Shown here piece after piece: positions 12,232-25,005 of a stretch of DNA of 64,000 nt. This DNA is from Anaeramoeba ignava BMAN. Lineage: Eukaryota > Protista > Anaeramoebae. The notes below the pieces were generated by a model. It searched no databases and was not told where the DNA came from. It worked only from the letters and a program-made list of their open reading frames with translations. The position numbers and the translations under genes were made by a program. The stretch spans positions 124,001 through 188,000 of the forward strand of contig JAPDFW010000106.1 in NCBI GenBank assembly GCA_028826165.1, written 5' to 3'. Numbering within the stretch: position 1 is the first letter of the stretch; every line of letters begins with the position of its first letter.

Positions 12232-13018
12232 TAAGTAAAATATTTAATTTAATATTATAAATTTTATATTTACATTATTTTAAATAAATTTATAAATTTA
12301 AATTAATTATTTATTATTAATTATTTAAATTAAAATTAAATTAAATTATTTTATATATTTTTAATTAAATTTATAAAGTAAAATATTTTATTTAATATTA
12401 TATATTTTATATTTACATTATTTTAAATAAATTTATAAATTTAAATTAATTATTTATTATTAATTATTTAGATTAAAATTATATTAAATTATTTTATATA
12501 TTTTTAATTAAATTTATAAAGTAAAATATTTTATTTAATATTATATATTTTATATTTACATTATTTTAAATAAATTTATAAATTTAAAATTAATTATTTA
12601 TTATTAATTATTTAAATTAAAATTATATTAAAATATTTTATATATTTTTTATTTAAATTTATAAAAGTAAAATATTTAATTTAATATTATATATATTTTA
12701 TATTTACATGATTTTAAATAAATTTATTAATTTAAATTTATTATTTATTATTAATTATTTAGATAAAAATTATATTAAATTATTTTTATATATTTTTTTA
12801 TTTAAATTTATAAAGTAAAATATTTTATTTAATATTATATATTTTATATTTACATTATTTTAAATAAATTTATAAATTTAAATTAATTATTTATTATTAA
12901 TTATTTAAATTAAAATTATATTAAATTATTTTATATATTTTTTATTTAAATTTATAAAGTAAAATATTTAATTTAATATTATAAATTTTATATTTACATG
13001 ATTTTAAATAAATTTATT
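12232..13018. repeat. ~145-bp AT-rich satellite, ~5.5 copies, intergenic between divergent genes
   Basis: The anchor AAGTAAAATATT recurs near 12233, 12376, 12519, 12664, 12813 and 12957. Confidence 0.85.
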
Positions 13019-13130
13019 GGAATTTTATAAATTAATTATGTTTTTGAAAAATTCATTTTTTTCCTTTTTTTTTTATTTTTATTAGAATTTGCACAAATTA
13101 TATTTAATTAAATTTAAATTATTAATAAAA

Positions 13131-16100
13131 ATGAATACAAATTTTGAAAAAGAAACAGAAATTGTTTTTAATTGGGTATCAAGAATTTTAGCAAGAAATG
13201 TTTTCCCTCAAATGTCTTTAAGAGCATTAGCAAAATATTGGTGTCAAGTTATAAATAAAATAGTTCCTGGTTCGATCACTAAAATTTATTTAAAGGAGTA
13301 AATTAAAAAGTTTATAAAAAAAAGAGAAAAAGAGAAAAAAAAATTTTCATAAAATTTCGAAAAGAAAAAAATTTTTTATTTAAATTCAAATTAAAAAAAA
13401 ATTATTTTTCTTAAATACTATAAATAGAGCTGAAAATATCCAAAACTTACAAAATATAAACAAAGCTTGTTTGGAATTTGGAATAGAAAAAAAATATTTA
13501 TTAACTCCAAATCAAATACAAAAAGAAAACCGATTAGAATATTTTGTTCCTTTAATGAAACAAATCGGAATAAAAGCGAATTTAATGAATTTTCAACCGA
13601 AATTTGATTTTGTTTTTAATCAAGAAGCTCAAAAAGTTGAAGAAACAGATAAAAATATAAACGATGAGAAAAACAATCCAAGACAATTAAAAAAAATGAA
13701 TACAAAACTGAAATCAGAATTAATGGAAGATTCAGTTAAAATTGAATTTGAATTCAAAATTGTTTCAATTGAAGAGGAAAATGATGCTTTTTTGATTTTA
13801 TTAAATCCTCCAAAAAGAGCAACAATTTATTTGACTGAAAGACTCAAACCTTTGATTTCTTGGAAGAAAAACTTGATTCATCTTATTCAACCCGTTGTCA
13901 AAAAAGCATTTTTTCAAGATCCAACAATCCAAATTGGATTATTTCATTTAAATCGAAAATGCCTCCAATTTTTCGAAGCAACAACTGCTTTGGAGGATTT
14001 ATTGGAAATACAAGAGCTGACTGAATATCTTTATTCACTTGTCAGCCAAGAAAAAAATAAACAACCAAAACCCCAAAAAATTCATAATGATAATGACAAA
14101 AAATTAAGAAATATCGCTTTTATTATGAAAAAAATCATCAACAAAGAAAATATTCTTCTCAAATTTTCAGATTGCATTAAAAACAGACAAGGAACAATTT
14201 TTACTGCAAAATATTTCCAAAACGACTCCATTGTTCATGATTGTGTTTTGGATACACGCGCTCAAAAAGTGGAATTATTTTCTCAAGGAAAAACTCTTTT
14301 ATCAGAAAAAATGGGAGATATCAATGTAGAATATTTTTTTTTGATTAAAAAACAAACATTATTTAAAAAATATTTGAATCTATTTTTTTTTAGATTTCCA
14401 AAATAAACAAGGATTCTTTGATGATTCGGTCAATCCCTAAAAAACAAAAATTCACTATTATTCCATACTCAAAAATAATGAAACAGATTATGTACAAATC
14501 AATATCACTTATGGCTAAAGCAAAACATCCTAAAATAATATCACCATTTTTAAACAGAAAGAAAAGAACAATTTCAAAAAATCAAATCACAATGAATAGC
14601 AATTTGAATCAATTTATTGAAATGAAAGAAAATCAAAGCAAACAAAAAATCATAAAAGATCCAAATATTCTAAATCAAATTGAATCAAAACCGATTGAAA
14701 TTGAAATTACAATATTTTTTGAGAGTGAATATTTCTCTGGATTACTCACATTTTCACTAATGGATTTCAGTCTCAAAATTGCAGGAATTGGGAAGCAAAA
14801 CGAGCCTTATGAAAATATCACTTATCAAATTCACAAATCAAATCCTTTACTATTTCGTCTCGAAATATTAAATAAAGGTTCTTATATTTGCTGCACAGAA
14901 AGTCCATCTAAAAGAGAATTCTTGATGAATATTTTTTATCAAATTTCAAAGCAAACAACAGAAAATCAAGAAAATATAGAAAATCAAGAAAATATAGAAA
15001 ATCATGAAAATAATGAAAATATAGAAAATATAGAAAATAATGAAAATACAGAAAATACAGAAGGCATTGATTTTGAGTCTCTCTCAAAAAGTTCTTCTCA
15101 AAAAATCTCAAACTTACAGCAAGGAAACTTCCAATTTGATGATTTCCTTGTTTCAAAAGAAGAAATAAAAAGTAACGATTGGGTAAATTTTTCGAGTCCA
15201 AATTCTCCCAATCTGGAAATTATACAGAAAAAACAGGATAAAAAAAGCCAGCCTCCAAAAGAATTGATTCTGTATCCTGAATGGAATGAGGATATTGTGG
15301 GGAACTTTATTCAAGGTTTGGCCAGTTTTGATATTTTGCTGAAAAATCTAAAAACAAACGCAGATGTCCAAGGAATAATAATTTTTTCTCGCTCAAAAAT
15401 AACAATCCAAATATCAGGATCAGGGAAATATGAAATTGATTATACAATACCTGGTGAGAAACAAATATTGCCATTGGAAATTGAGCAGGAATCAATTGGT
15501 TTATTGAGAATAGTGATGAAACCAAATTTTTGGATCACGTTCAAACCAAAAAATGAAAAAGATTTATATCTAATTCCCAAAACATATGAAATGTTTCAAT
15601 GGTACCGATCCGCAAGCTTAGAAGCAACTCCAATCAACGGATTCATTTTAGGATTCGAAAGTGAATTTGAAGCCATTCTGACAAGTCTTTTGCATAGATC
15701 GCACACTGTTTTTCAAATACAATTTTTTCACAACAAAAACACTTATAATGGAATTTTGCGTCTTGATTCTTTCCACACAACAATTATGACCCATCAGAAT
15801 CGGGCTATTTTCCAGCTGAAATATGATCCCAATCGATTGCATATCTTCGATAGACCTGATTCAGATCGGCTTTTAGAATTAACAACAAAAACAGAAACAA
15901 TTCCAGTGATTTTTCAAACTGAAATCCAAAAGCTTTTAGTTTTTCGTTATCTTACTCACATGCTTTTAGACACTCATATTGAACGGGACTCAAAAAAACC
16001 CAAAGAAATCAGCAAATCAAGAACAAACCAAATTGCAAAAACAGATTTGATTAACCCAATTTTCCAAAATAAAACATTCAATGATCTTCTTTTATTTTCC

Positions 16101-19100
16101 CAGTTTAACGATCTTGGATCACCTCAAATTATTCAATCAATAGAAACTCTAACAGCTCTTGATGTTCCAAGATTGTTAATGCATCCGATTTTCCAAATCA
16201 AAATTGACGATTCAGTCGCCAAGATTCGCCAACAAGTAGAGAAATTTTTGCAAATTGGGAAATGGAAATTTAAAGTGAAAATTTTGGGAAAAAATAAAAA
16301 TAAATATAAATCAAAAATCACTGTAAAATTTGGCACTTTAAAAATTGTGATTGATTCAGGAAACAGCAACGATAAAGACAAGTTTGCCTTTCCGTTTGAT
16401 TCCACACAGAAGATATGGATTGATCCAAAAGAACAGAATCGGTTTCTTTTAAAACTCAGTGTGCAAGAAACTCTATTGGTTGAATCCAAAACAGCACAAA
16501 GTCGAGATTTGTTTGTGAATCTTTTCTTTGCTGCTTGGAATAGAAATATGAGCCAAAAAAACAAGCAATCAACATTGGAAAACACAACAGATTCAGATAA
16601 TGAAGACAAACAGAGAAACAAGTTCAATTTAACACAAATAATGATAACAAGTTGCAAATCAGCAACAAGTCACTACAAAAACGATCCAAACAAAGCGACT
16701 ATATTTGGATATCCACAAGTAACAAGTAAAATTCCATGCATCTTGCCTTTGAACACGGATATCAACAACGTGGTTTCTCACCTCCAGACAACATATAGAG
16801 TATCTGTCTTCGATTCTTTTTGGAGGTTTATAAGTTCAGGAGAGATCCAACTCAACGCACAGCATTTTGTCATCAAGTTTGGCTCAAATTCAATCTCTCG
16901 ATATTACTCCCCGTTCTCCAGATTGTTGAGACCAAACATGTCCGAGGATCCTTTATTAATACGGTTTATGATTGACGAGGAAAGTTTCATCGTGATTGGA
17001 TTTTCTTCACTGGAAATTGTTTCAGGTTTTTGTCTTGATTTTGATATCCGCAAAAAAAGATCATCGCCCTTTAACAAATGGAGCCAGGAACAAACCACTT
17101 CACAAACTGTTTTCAACTGCTCTTTTAGAATTGGAGAATCTGCGCAACATAGCGGACAATTGTGTTTAGAAAACGGGCAATTCTCTTTTAAATTAAATCC
17201 ATTTTCGGAAATGTTAAAACTGACAAAATCAGAACAAGAGGCGGATTTTCATGATCAAAACAAACTTTTAAGGAATATTCTTCGCGCAGCCTCTTTCCAG
17301 TATTCTCGGATCACTAAAGCCAAAATATCGAAAACTGATCCTTTGATGTTGCAAGTGTTTTTGGGTTTCAATCTTTTTGTCACTGTTTTTTTCCCTTCAG
17401 TTGAGCAACGATTCAAATTCTATCTTGATTTCAACAACAAGAGAAGAAGATTTCTTTCTCTTGAAAAGCTTCATCTGGTTTATCATTCAATAGCCAAGGA
17501 TTGCGTGAAAAAATTCGAAAATGTCTCTGTTTTTATGGAAAAAAAAGATTTTCCAATCGGAAAGTGTACTGTGATAATTTCGGAAGAAAACATCCAAATT
17601 GCTAAAGGTTCAAAACAGTACTTCAATCATCCAATCAATTTATGCAGACAAGTTGAATCCCAAACAAACCGTTTTCGAACTAAAATTAAAGCACAACTTT
17701 TCCAAAAAGAAAATCAAGAAAAACAAAAAATCAAAAAAATTCCCAAAAATCAAAAAAAACAAAAAACAATTCTTCTTGATTTCGAAAGCGAAGAAGCAAA
17801 AAAGCTTTTTTCACGATCAATGGAAATATCAAACTTAACGACTTTTTTACCTTCAATTATAAAAAAGTTCGAAATTTTGAAAAAAGGCAAGCAATTCAAT
17901 ATCGTTCATTTTTCCGAAGAAGGAATTCCTATTTGCGAAGGCGCAATTTTAGTTGATGAGTTTACGATTGAGATTTCATACAAGATGGTTAATCAAGAAC
18001 AAGAACCGATTGTAATTTCGACATCAAGTGTCAAATTTATGATCCAGAAAGAATCACCAGTGACAGGAAGATTAGAAATCAAAAACACAGTGTTTCTGAT
18101 GCAATTTGAGACAGCAAAGAAACGGAACCATTTTATTCTTGAATTCCGTAGATTCAAGGAAAGAATGCAGCTCAAGGAAAAAATGCTTTTAGAAGGCAAA
18201 TACGATCCTCAACTTGATCCCAACTCACGCTCTCCACTAGAAATTGAATTGGATTATGAAATACAATTTGAGAAGCAATGGAAAAAAGACCCAATTTCTC
18301 TCCCATCTGCTTTTACTGTCTCTGTAATGGATCCTGAGACTCATGAACTTGAATATCTAAATGCAGAATTGAGAATTCTCGGCGATTTGGTCGAAATATA
18401 CCAGAAAAGAGAAGAAAAACCCACTATTCGGTTCCGTGTGGCAAGGGGATTTACATTTGAAGAGCTCGAAACAGCGCGCGGACTGTGGAAACTCTCAAGC
18501 CAGGAAAACACTGTTTTGATTAGATTTTTTGATCTTCAAACAAAATCAAAAACAATTCAAAATTTTTTGACACTTAAAAAAATATTGAAAAGAAAAATTT
18601 ATAACGTAATGTTTAAACAACTCTCGGTCATGTATGGAAGCATAATTGTGGACGGCAGCATTGAATTCGAACCTACGCATATTGTGCTCCACATCCATCC
18701 GAGCGCGAATGAAGAGATTATCAAAATTGAGGCACATTCAATGAAGATCAACTTCAAACCCAAGTTCATGAACTTTGAGATCATTACAGCCACAAGCAAA
18801 AACGCATCTATCAAAGTGATGCCGCAAAACCTCGAGCAGAGAAACGAGATACTGCGTAGACTGCTGGACTTGCGGCTCGGATGGCTCGAGAAGAACAGCG
18901 GACTAGTGAAGAGGAAAATGTCCAGTGTATTCCAACTTGAAGACGATCCAAAAAGTGCAGCTTTCTCAGTCATGATCTTCCCAGACAGAGCAAAAGACAA
19001 ACCACAAACGGCAACATTATCTCTCTTCAAGAAGAACTTTATGCTTATGATATTTGAGGGAGAAGAGCAAGAAATCGGATACTCATCGGACACACGCATC

Positions 19101-19883
19101 GATTTTTATCGCGAAGATCCAGCAGTAATTCGACTTCAAATGGCGATTTGGTTCATTTACTTTGTTAAGTTCAAAAACATCCAAGACAAAACACACTTTG
19201 TTTCCTTACTTACAAGACTTCTGGAAAGTTATAAAAACGAGCAAAATTTTTCTTATCTTCCCGAACCTCCGCCTCGATCGCAGCTGAAGTTAGAACCCAT
19301 ATTCGAACATTCACAAGACATGCAAACTCTTCCCGTTATTGTGAACCTATCATCCCATGTCGACAAAGGGTTCAAAATCAAGTCCCAAATACGATTTTCC
19401 AGCAAGGGAATTTCCTGCGAGAACGGCATCTACGACACTTATTTTCTTCTTGTTGATCCTTCTTTTCAAGTCTCGCGCTCTTCCAAATCAAACAGCTTCA
19501 AGATCTCAAACTCCTCCTTAGATCTTATTGTTCTGTTCCCGTCGCTTGACAGCACTTTTCTGTTCAGATCCTTTATTAAAGAATCTTTTAAAAACCGTTT
19601 CAAAGCCGTGATTGTCAAAACAAATTCAATCAATTTCCGCTCGTTGGAGCCTGTCAAGATCAAGTTCAATCGCGAAAATTTCTCGCTTCTGTTTTCTTCG
19701 AAAAAAATCCAAATTGAATATCCAATCAAAGAAGAATTTGTAAAAATTAGAATAAGTGATCTTGATGATTCTTTTGCAAAATTAAATTTCCTTGAAAATT
19801 CTAAGTTTTTCATTTTGAAATTTATCAACAAATTTTCCAGTGAAAAATTCTATAATTTATTTCCAGAAAAGTCAAAGAAATGA
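13131..19883 (+). CDS. ~2190-aa protein with an N-terminal calponin-homology domain and many PH-like repeats (introns 13298-13427, 14326-14393)
   Basis: WVSRIL...WCQVINKIVPGSITKI...ENIQN..KACLEFGI is CH-like. Recurrent beta-rich segments ending F-x-S/T-x-x-x-R/K-x-x-F resemble the PH C-terminal helix. GT-AG introns join the three ORFs in frame. Confidence 0.7.
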
Positions 19884-19966
19884 AGAAAATAAAAAAAAAA
19901 AAATATTCAAATCGGATATTTTTTTTTTTCATTTTTTTATTTTTTTATTTTCAAACAAAAAGAAAA

Positions 19967-20302
19967 ATGAATTTATTTCAAACACAAAAAAACATGCTGT
20001 TTAAATTTGGGTCAATCCCCCCTTTAATTAAAATACAAATTGGACAATTTTTCAGTAATTCCAATGTAAGCGAAGAAATACGAAATGTTCTCAATACAAA
20101 AATCCAACCAGCTCTTCATTGTGATGGTGGAGGAATTGAGTTAGTCAGTTATGATGAAAAAGTTTGTGTTGCAAAAGTTCGTTTGACAGGAAATTGTTCT
20201 TTTTGTCCAATGGGTTTGATAACTATTAAAAAAAGTGTTCAAACTATTGTTAAGCATTTTGTTCCTGAAGTTCAAAGTGTTGATGAATATTGTTGCGATT
20301 AG
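19967..20302 (+). CDS. NFU1: NifU C-terminal (Nfu-type) Fe-S scaffold protein with a putative organellar presequence
   Basis: IQPALHCDGGGIEL...VRLTGNCSFCP (CxxC). The first ~30 aa lack acidic residues. Confidence 0.85.
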   Translation: MNLFQTQKNMLFKFGSIPPLIKIQIGQFFSNSNVSEEIRNVLNTKIQPALHCDGGGIELVSYDEKVCVAKVRLTGNCSFCPMGLITIKKSVQTIVKHFVPEVQSVDEYCCD

Positions 20303-20449
20303 AAATGAAAACAAAATAATAAAAACAACAAAACAAACAACAATTTAAAATTGAATTAAAATTTCATTTAAAAAAACTTTTTTATTAAAAGAAAAGAAAA
20401 AAAGAAAATTGTAAAAAAAAATATTTTGAAAGAGCTTATAAGGGAATCT

Positions 20450-23280
20450 CTAATTATCTAAATTATTTGAATTAATTTCATTTGAATTTAATTCATTATC
20501 AAAAGATATTCCATCCCTAAAAACACTTTCAGCAACTTTTTTCAAAACTTGAGCAGCTTTTGTTAGTTGTTCTTTTGAATGAGAAGCTGAAATACAGATA
20601 CGAATTGAAGGAGGTGGCATAAGATATTCTTCTTCACTATATTTAGCTCTTGTTAATCCAAGAGGATATTCACTTTCAAAACACTTAGAATTAAAATTAG
20701 AATTAAAATTAAAATTAAAATTAAAATTAAAATTAAAATTAAAATTAAAATTAAAATTAAAATTAAAATTAAAATTAAAATTAAAATTAGAATTAATATT
20801 AAAATTATAATTAAAATTAAAATTTAAATTAAAATTAAAATTAAAATTAAAATTAAAATTAAAATTAAAATTAAAATTAAAATTAAAATTAAAATTAAAA
20901 TTAAAATTAAAATTAAAATTAAAATTAAAATTAAAATTAAAATTAAAATTAAAATTAAAATTTTGGAAATTTCTTGTTTTTGGAAATTTTTTTAAGAAAA
21001 AATACTTTGTTAACAATTTCTTGAAGAATCCTTTCATTTTTATGTCTATTTTTTTGAGAAGTTTTTGAATTCAGCCGAAGATGAACCAAAGGAACTGAAG
21101 GATCACCAGCAACTTCTAATCCATGAATTCCTGCCAATTCAGCTCTAAAATGAAGAGAAAGAGTTTTCAATTTTGAGAAAATATTATCAGGACCTTCAAT
21201 TTTCTCATTATGTTCTAAAATATCCAAAACTTTTAAAGAAGATCCACATAGAAGTGCTGGTAAAGAAGCTGAGAAACAATATCCAGCACCTAATAATGTT
21301 TGTTGTTTTACAACGATTGCTGAACCACAACAAAATCCGCCAACTGATGAAAAGGCATTTCCAAGACTTGAAGTTGTGCATTCGACTGCGTCTCTCTGAA
21401 TATTGAATTAATTTTTTTTGAAATTTCATGTTATTGAATTAATTTTTGAAATTTCATGTTATTGAATTTTTTCCAATTACAGAAATGTTATAATATTCAC
21501 AAATTCCTCGTTCTGTTTTACCAAGTACTCCTAATGAAAGACTTTCTTCAATGGCTAATCTACATGAATATTTTTCTTTCAATTCAATAATTTTGGGAAG
21601 TGGGGCAATATGTGTTTAATGAAAAAAAAAAGAGAATCAAAATTTTTTTTGTCAAGTGACAAAACTTCAAGTAAAGAATAAATAATTGAATATTTTTTTT
21701 TTGTTTTGGAAAATATTTTAAAGGATATCCCCATAATTATGATATAATCCTTCAATCACAATCCATCTTCGATATAATTTTGCTTTCTTTTTACGATCAA
21801 TTTCATCTTGTAGTTTCAAAAATTCTTCTAAATGATCTACATCATTATGTCTGAAATAATAAACTTTGCTTCGCGATAAAGTAACTCCTGTTTGAACTGC
21901 GAAACTAACACCTTCATCACTAATAAATTTAATTATTTATATATATTTATTTTTCATATTTCATAATTTTTTTTTGGAGAGATGAAATTTACCAAAAAAT
22001 GACATCTCCTCTTTTTGCTAAAGTTGGAATTGCAGAACTAATTGTAGCGAACCCATATGCATAAAGAATTGCTTCGGGTGTTCCCATAAATTTTGCAAGT
22101 CTTTGTTCGAGATCCAAATGGATTTCTTTGATAAAATTAAAATTCAAATTAAAATTCAAATTAAAATTATTTTAAATTTATTTACGAAGAGTTCCATAAA
22201 AACCACGAGGTCCACAAGTACCAACACCATATTTATAAATCTCTTTTTTAGCAGCTTCCTAAATTTAATAAAAGAAATATTTTTTTGAATTTGTTTTAAA
22301 AAAAAAATATAAATTTTAAAATGACAAACAGTAAATTCTGGTAAATCAACAACTCCAAGAAAATTATATGAACCAAAATTTAAAGTTTTTTTCCCGTTCA
22401 TTGTAACCATAATACCTGGCTTACTTTTGTTAAAAATATTTTAAATATTTTTGATATTTTAGATATTTTTGATATTTTTGATATTTTAGATATTTTTGGA
22501 TATTTTTGATATTTTAGATATTTTTGGATATTTTTGATATTTTAGATATTTTAGATATTTTTGGATATTTTTGATATTTTAGATATTTTTGATATTTTGG
22601 ATATTTTAGATATTTTTGATATTTTTGATATTTTTAATATTTTTGATATTTTAGATATTTTTGATATTTTTGATATTTTTGGATATTTTAGATATTTTAG
22701 ATATTTTTGATATTTTTGGATATTTTGGATATTTTAGATATTTTTGATATTTTTAATATTTTTAATATTTTTGATATTTTGGATATTTTTGATATTTTTG
22801 ATATTTTTGATATTTTTGATATTTTTGGATATTTTTGATATTAAATCGTAATAGATTGATTCACCTTTCTATTAAAGGTATTGTTGAAAGTTCCCATTTT
22901 TCCTCTTCATTCAGAGGTCTAGAAAGAGGTTCTGGTTCCCATTCTGCAATTAATTCATCTTCCTAAAGAGAATTTTTTGCAGAAAAAAAAAGAAAAACAA
23001 TATAATTAATAAATAATAAATAATAAATAATAAATAATAAATAATAAATAATAAATAATAAATAATAAATAAATAATAATAATAAATAATAAATAAATAA
23101 TAAAAAGAATTATTCATAATTTGTTTGTACTTCTTTTTTTGTTAAAGGTTTTTCTTTTGTTGGATTATGTGCTTTTTGTAATAATAGAACTAAAAGTAAA
23201 ACTGCAAAAAATATTTCTGTTATAACATGATATGGTGATTCTCTAAATGCTGTAACTATAAATTCAACAATATAGATCAT
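20450..23280 (-). CDS. SPTLC1: Serine palmitoyltransferase subunit 1 (LCB1), multi-exon, includes one AT-AC intron
   Basis: N-terminal TM followed by [68 protein letters not shown] and YCFSASLP. Confidence 0.93.
21612..21728 (-). other. AT-AC spliceosomal intron with U12-type 5' splice site (117 nt)
   Basis: Minus strand reads GGG G|ATATCCTTT...TTCATTAAACAC|AT ATT GCC CCA. Removal restores G-D-I-A-P, and no GT or AG is available at these positions. Confidence 0.88.
22435..22842. repeat. Intronic 9-11-bp tandem repeat (GATATTTTT)n
   Basis: Visible directly within an SPTLC1 intron. Confidence 0.85.
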
Positions 23281-23439
23281 TTTTATTGTTAAAATTCAAA
23301 AGAAAATAAAAATAAAAGATGGAAAATAAAACAAAACCAAAAATGAAAAAAAATGAAAAAAAATTATTTCTTTTTTATTTAATTTATTTTTTACTAATTT
23401 TTTTATAATTATTATTCATTATTTTAACAAATTATTAAT

Positions 23440-24600
23440 TATAATTTTTTTATTTAATTTCCTTATAGTTTTAATTTAGATTATAATTTAAATCTTTTTT
23501 AAAATTAATTAATTAAATAATTTATATTAGATTTATTTAAATTTCTTATTTAATTTAATTTGAGAAAATTGAACAAAAAAATTATTTTTTTTCTTTTTAA
23601 TTTTTTAATAAATAAAAAAGTGGATTTAAAATAAATTAAAGAATAGAATTATTTTAAATAATGTTTTATTTCTTTTTATTTATATTTTAGTAATTAAATA
23701 TTTATTTAGAAATTTATTTTTGTTATTTAATTTTTAGATAATTTTTATTTAATTTTCCTTATAGTTTTAAATTAGATTATAATTTAAACATTTTTAAAAT
23801 TAATTAATTAAATAATTTATATTAGATTTATTTAAATTTTTATTTTATTTAATTTGAGAAAATTGAACAAAAATTATTTTTCTTTTTAATTTTTAATAAA
23901 TAAAAAGTGGATTTAAAATAAATTAAAGAATGGAATTATTTTAAATAATGTTTTATTTCTTTTTATTTATATTTATTAATTAAATATTTATTTAGAAATT
24001 TATTTTTGTTATTAAATTTTAGATAATTTTTATTTAATTTCCTTATAGTTTTAAATTAGATTATAATTTAAATCTTTTTAAAATTAATTAATTAAATAAT
24101 TTATATTAGATTTATTTAAATTTTTATTTCATTTAATTTGAGAAAATTGAACAAAAAAATTATTTTTTTCTTTTTAATTTTTAATAAATAAAAAGTGGAT
24201 TTAAAATAAATTAAAGAATAGAATTATTTTTAAATAATGTTTTATTTCTTTTTTATTTATATTTAGTAATTAAATATTTATTTAGAAATTTATTTTTGTT
24301 ATTAAATTTTAGATAATTTTTTATTTAATTTCCTTATAGTTTTAAATTAGATTATAATTTAAATCTTTTTTAAAATTAATTAATTAAATAATTTATATTA
24401 GATTTATTTAAATTTTTTATTTTATTTAATTTGAGAAAATTGAACAAAAAATTTATTTTTTTTCTTTTTAATTTTTTAATAAATAAAAAAGTGGATTTAA
24501 AATAAATTAAAGAATGGAATTATTTTAAATAATGTTTTATTTCTTTTTTATTTATATTTATTAATTAAATATTTATTCAGAAATTTATTTTTTTTGTTAT
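23440..24600. repeat. ~290-bp AT-rich satellite, 4 copies, between divergent SPTLC1 and G-alpha genes
   Basis: CCTTATAGTTTT at ~23461, 23757, 24041, 24332; GTGGATTT at ~23620, 23907, 24195, 24491. Confidence 0.9.
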
Positions 24601-25005
24601 TCCATGATCTTTTTTTATTTTTAATTTAAAAGAAAAAAATTTTTTTTTCTTTTTTATTTTTTAATTTTATTTTAAAAAGAAAAAATTTTTTTTTCAATAA
24701 GAAAATTAAAAAAGAAAAGAAAAGAAAAAAGAAAAAAGGAAATTTGACTTTTTTTGTCAACAAAAGCTTTAAAAAAAAAAACAAAATAAAAAAATAACAA
24801 AAAAAAATTTTTTTTAAATTAAAAAAATCATTTTTATTTTATTTTTTTTTCCATTTTTTTCTTTTCGTTTCTTTTCTTTTCTTTTCAATTATTATTATTT
24901 TTTTTTGATTTATTAAAATCTTTATTATTTTAAATTTCAAAAAAAAAAAACAAAATAAAACAAAATAAAAAAAAAAAACAAAAAATATCAAAATAATATT
25001 AAAAA

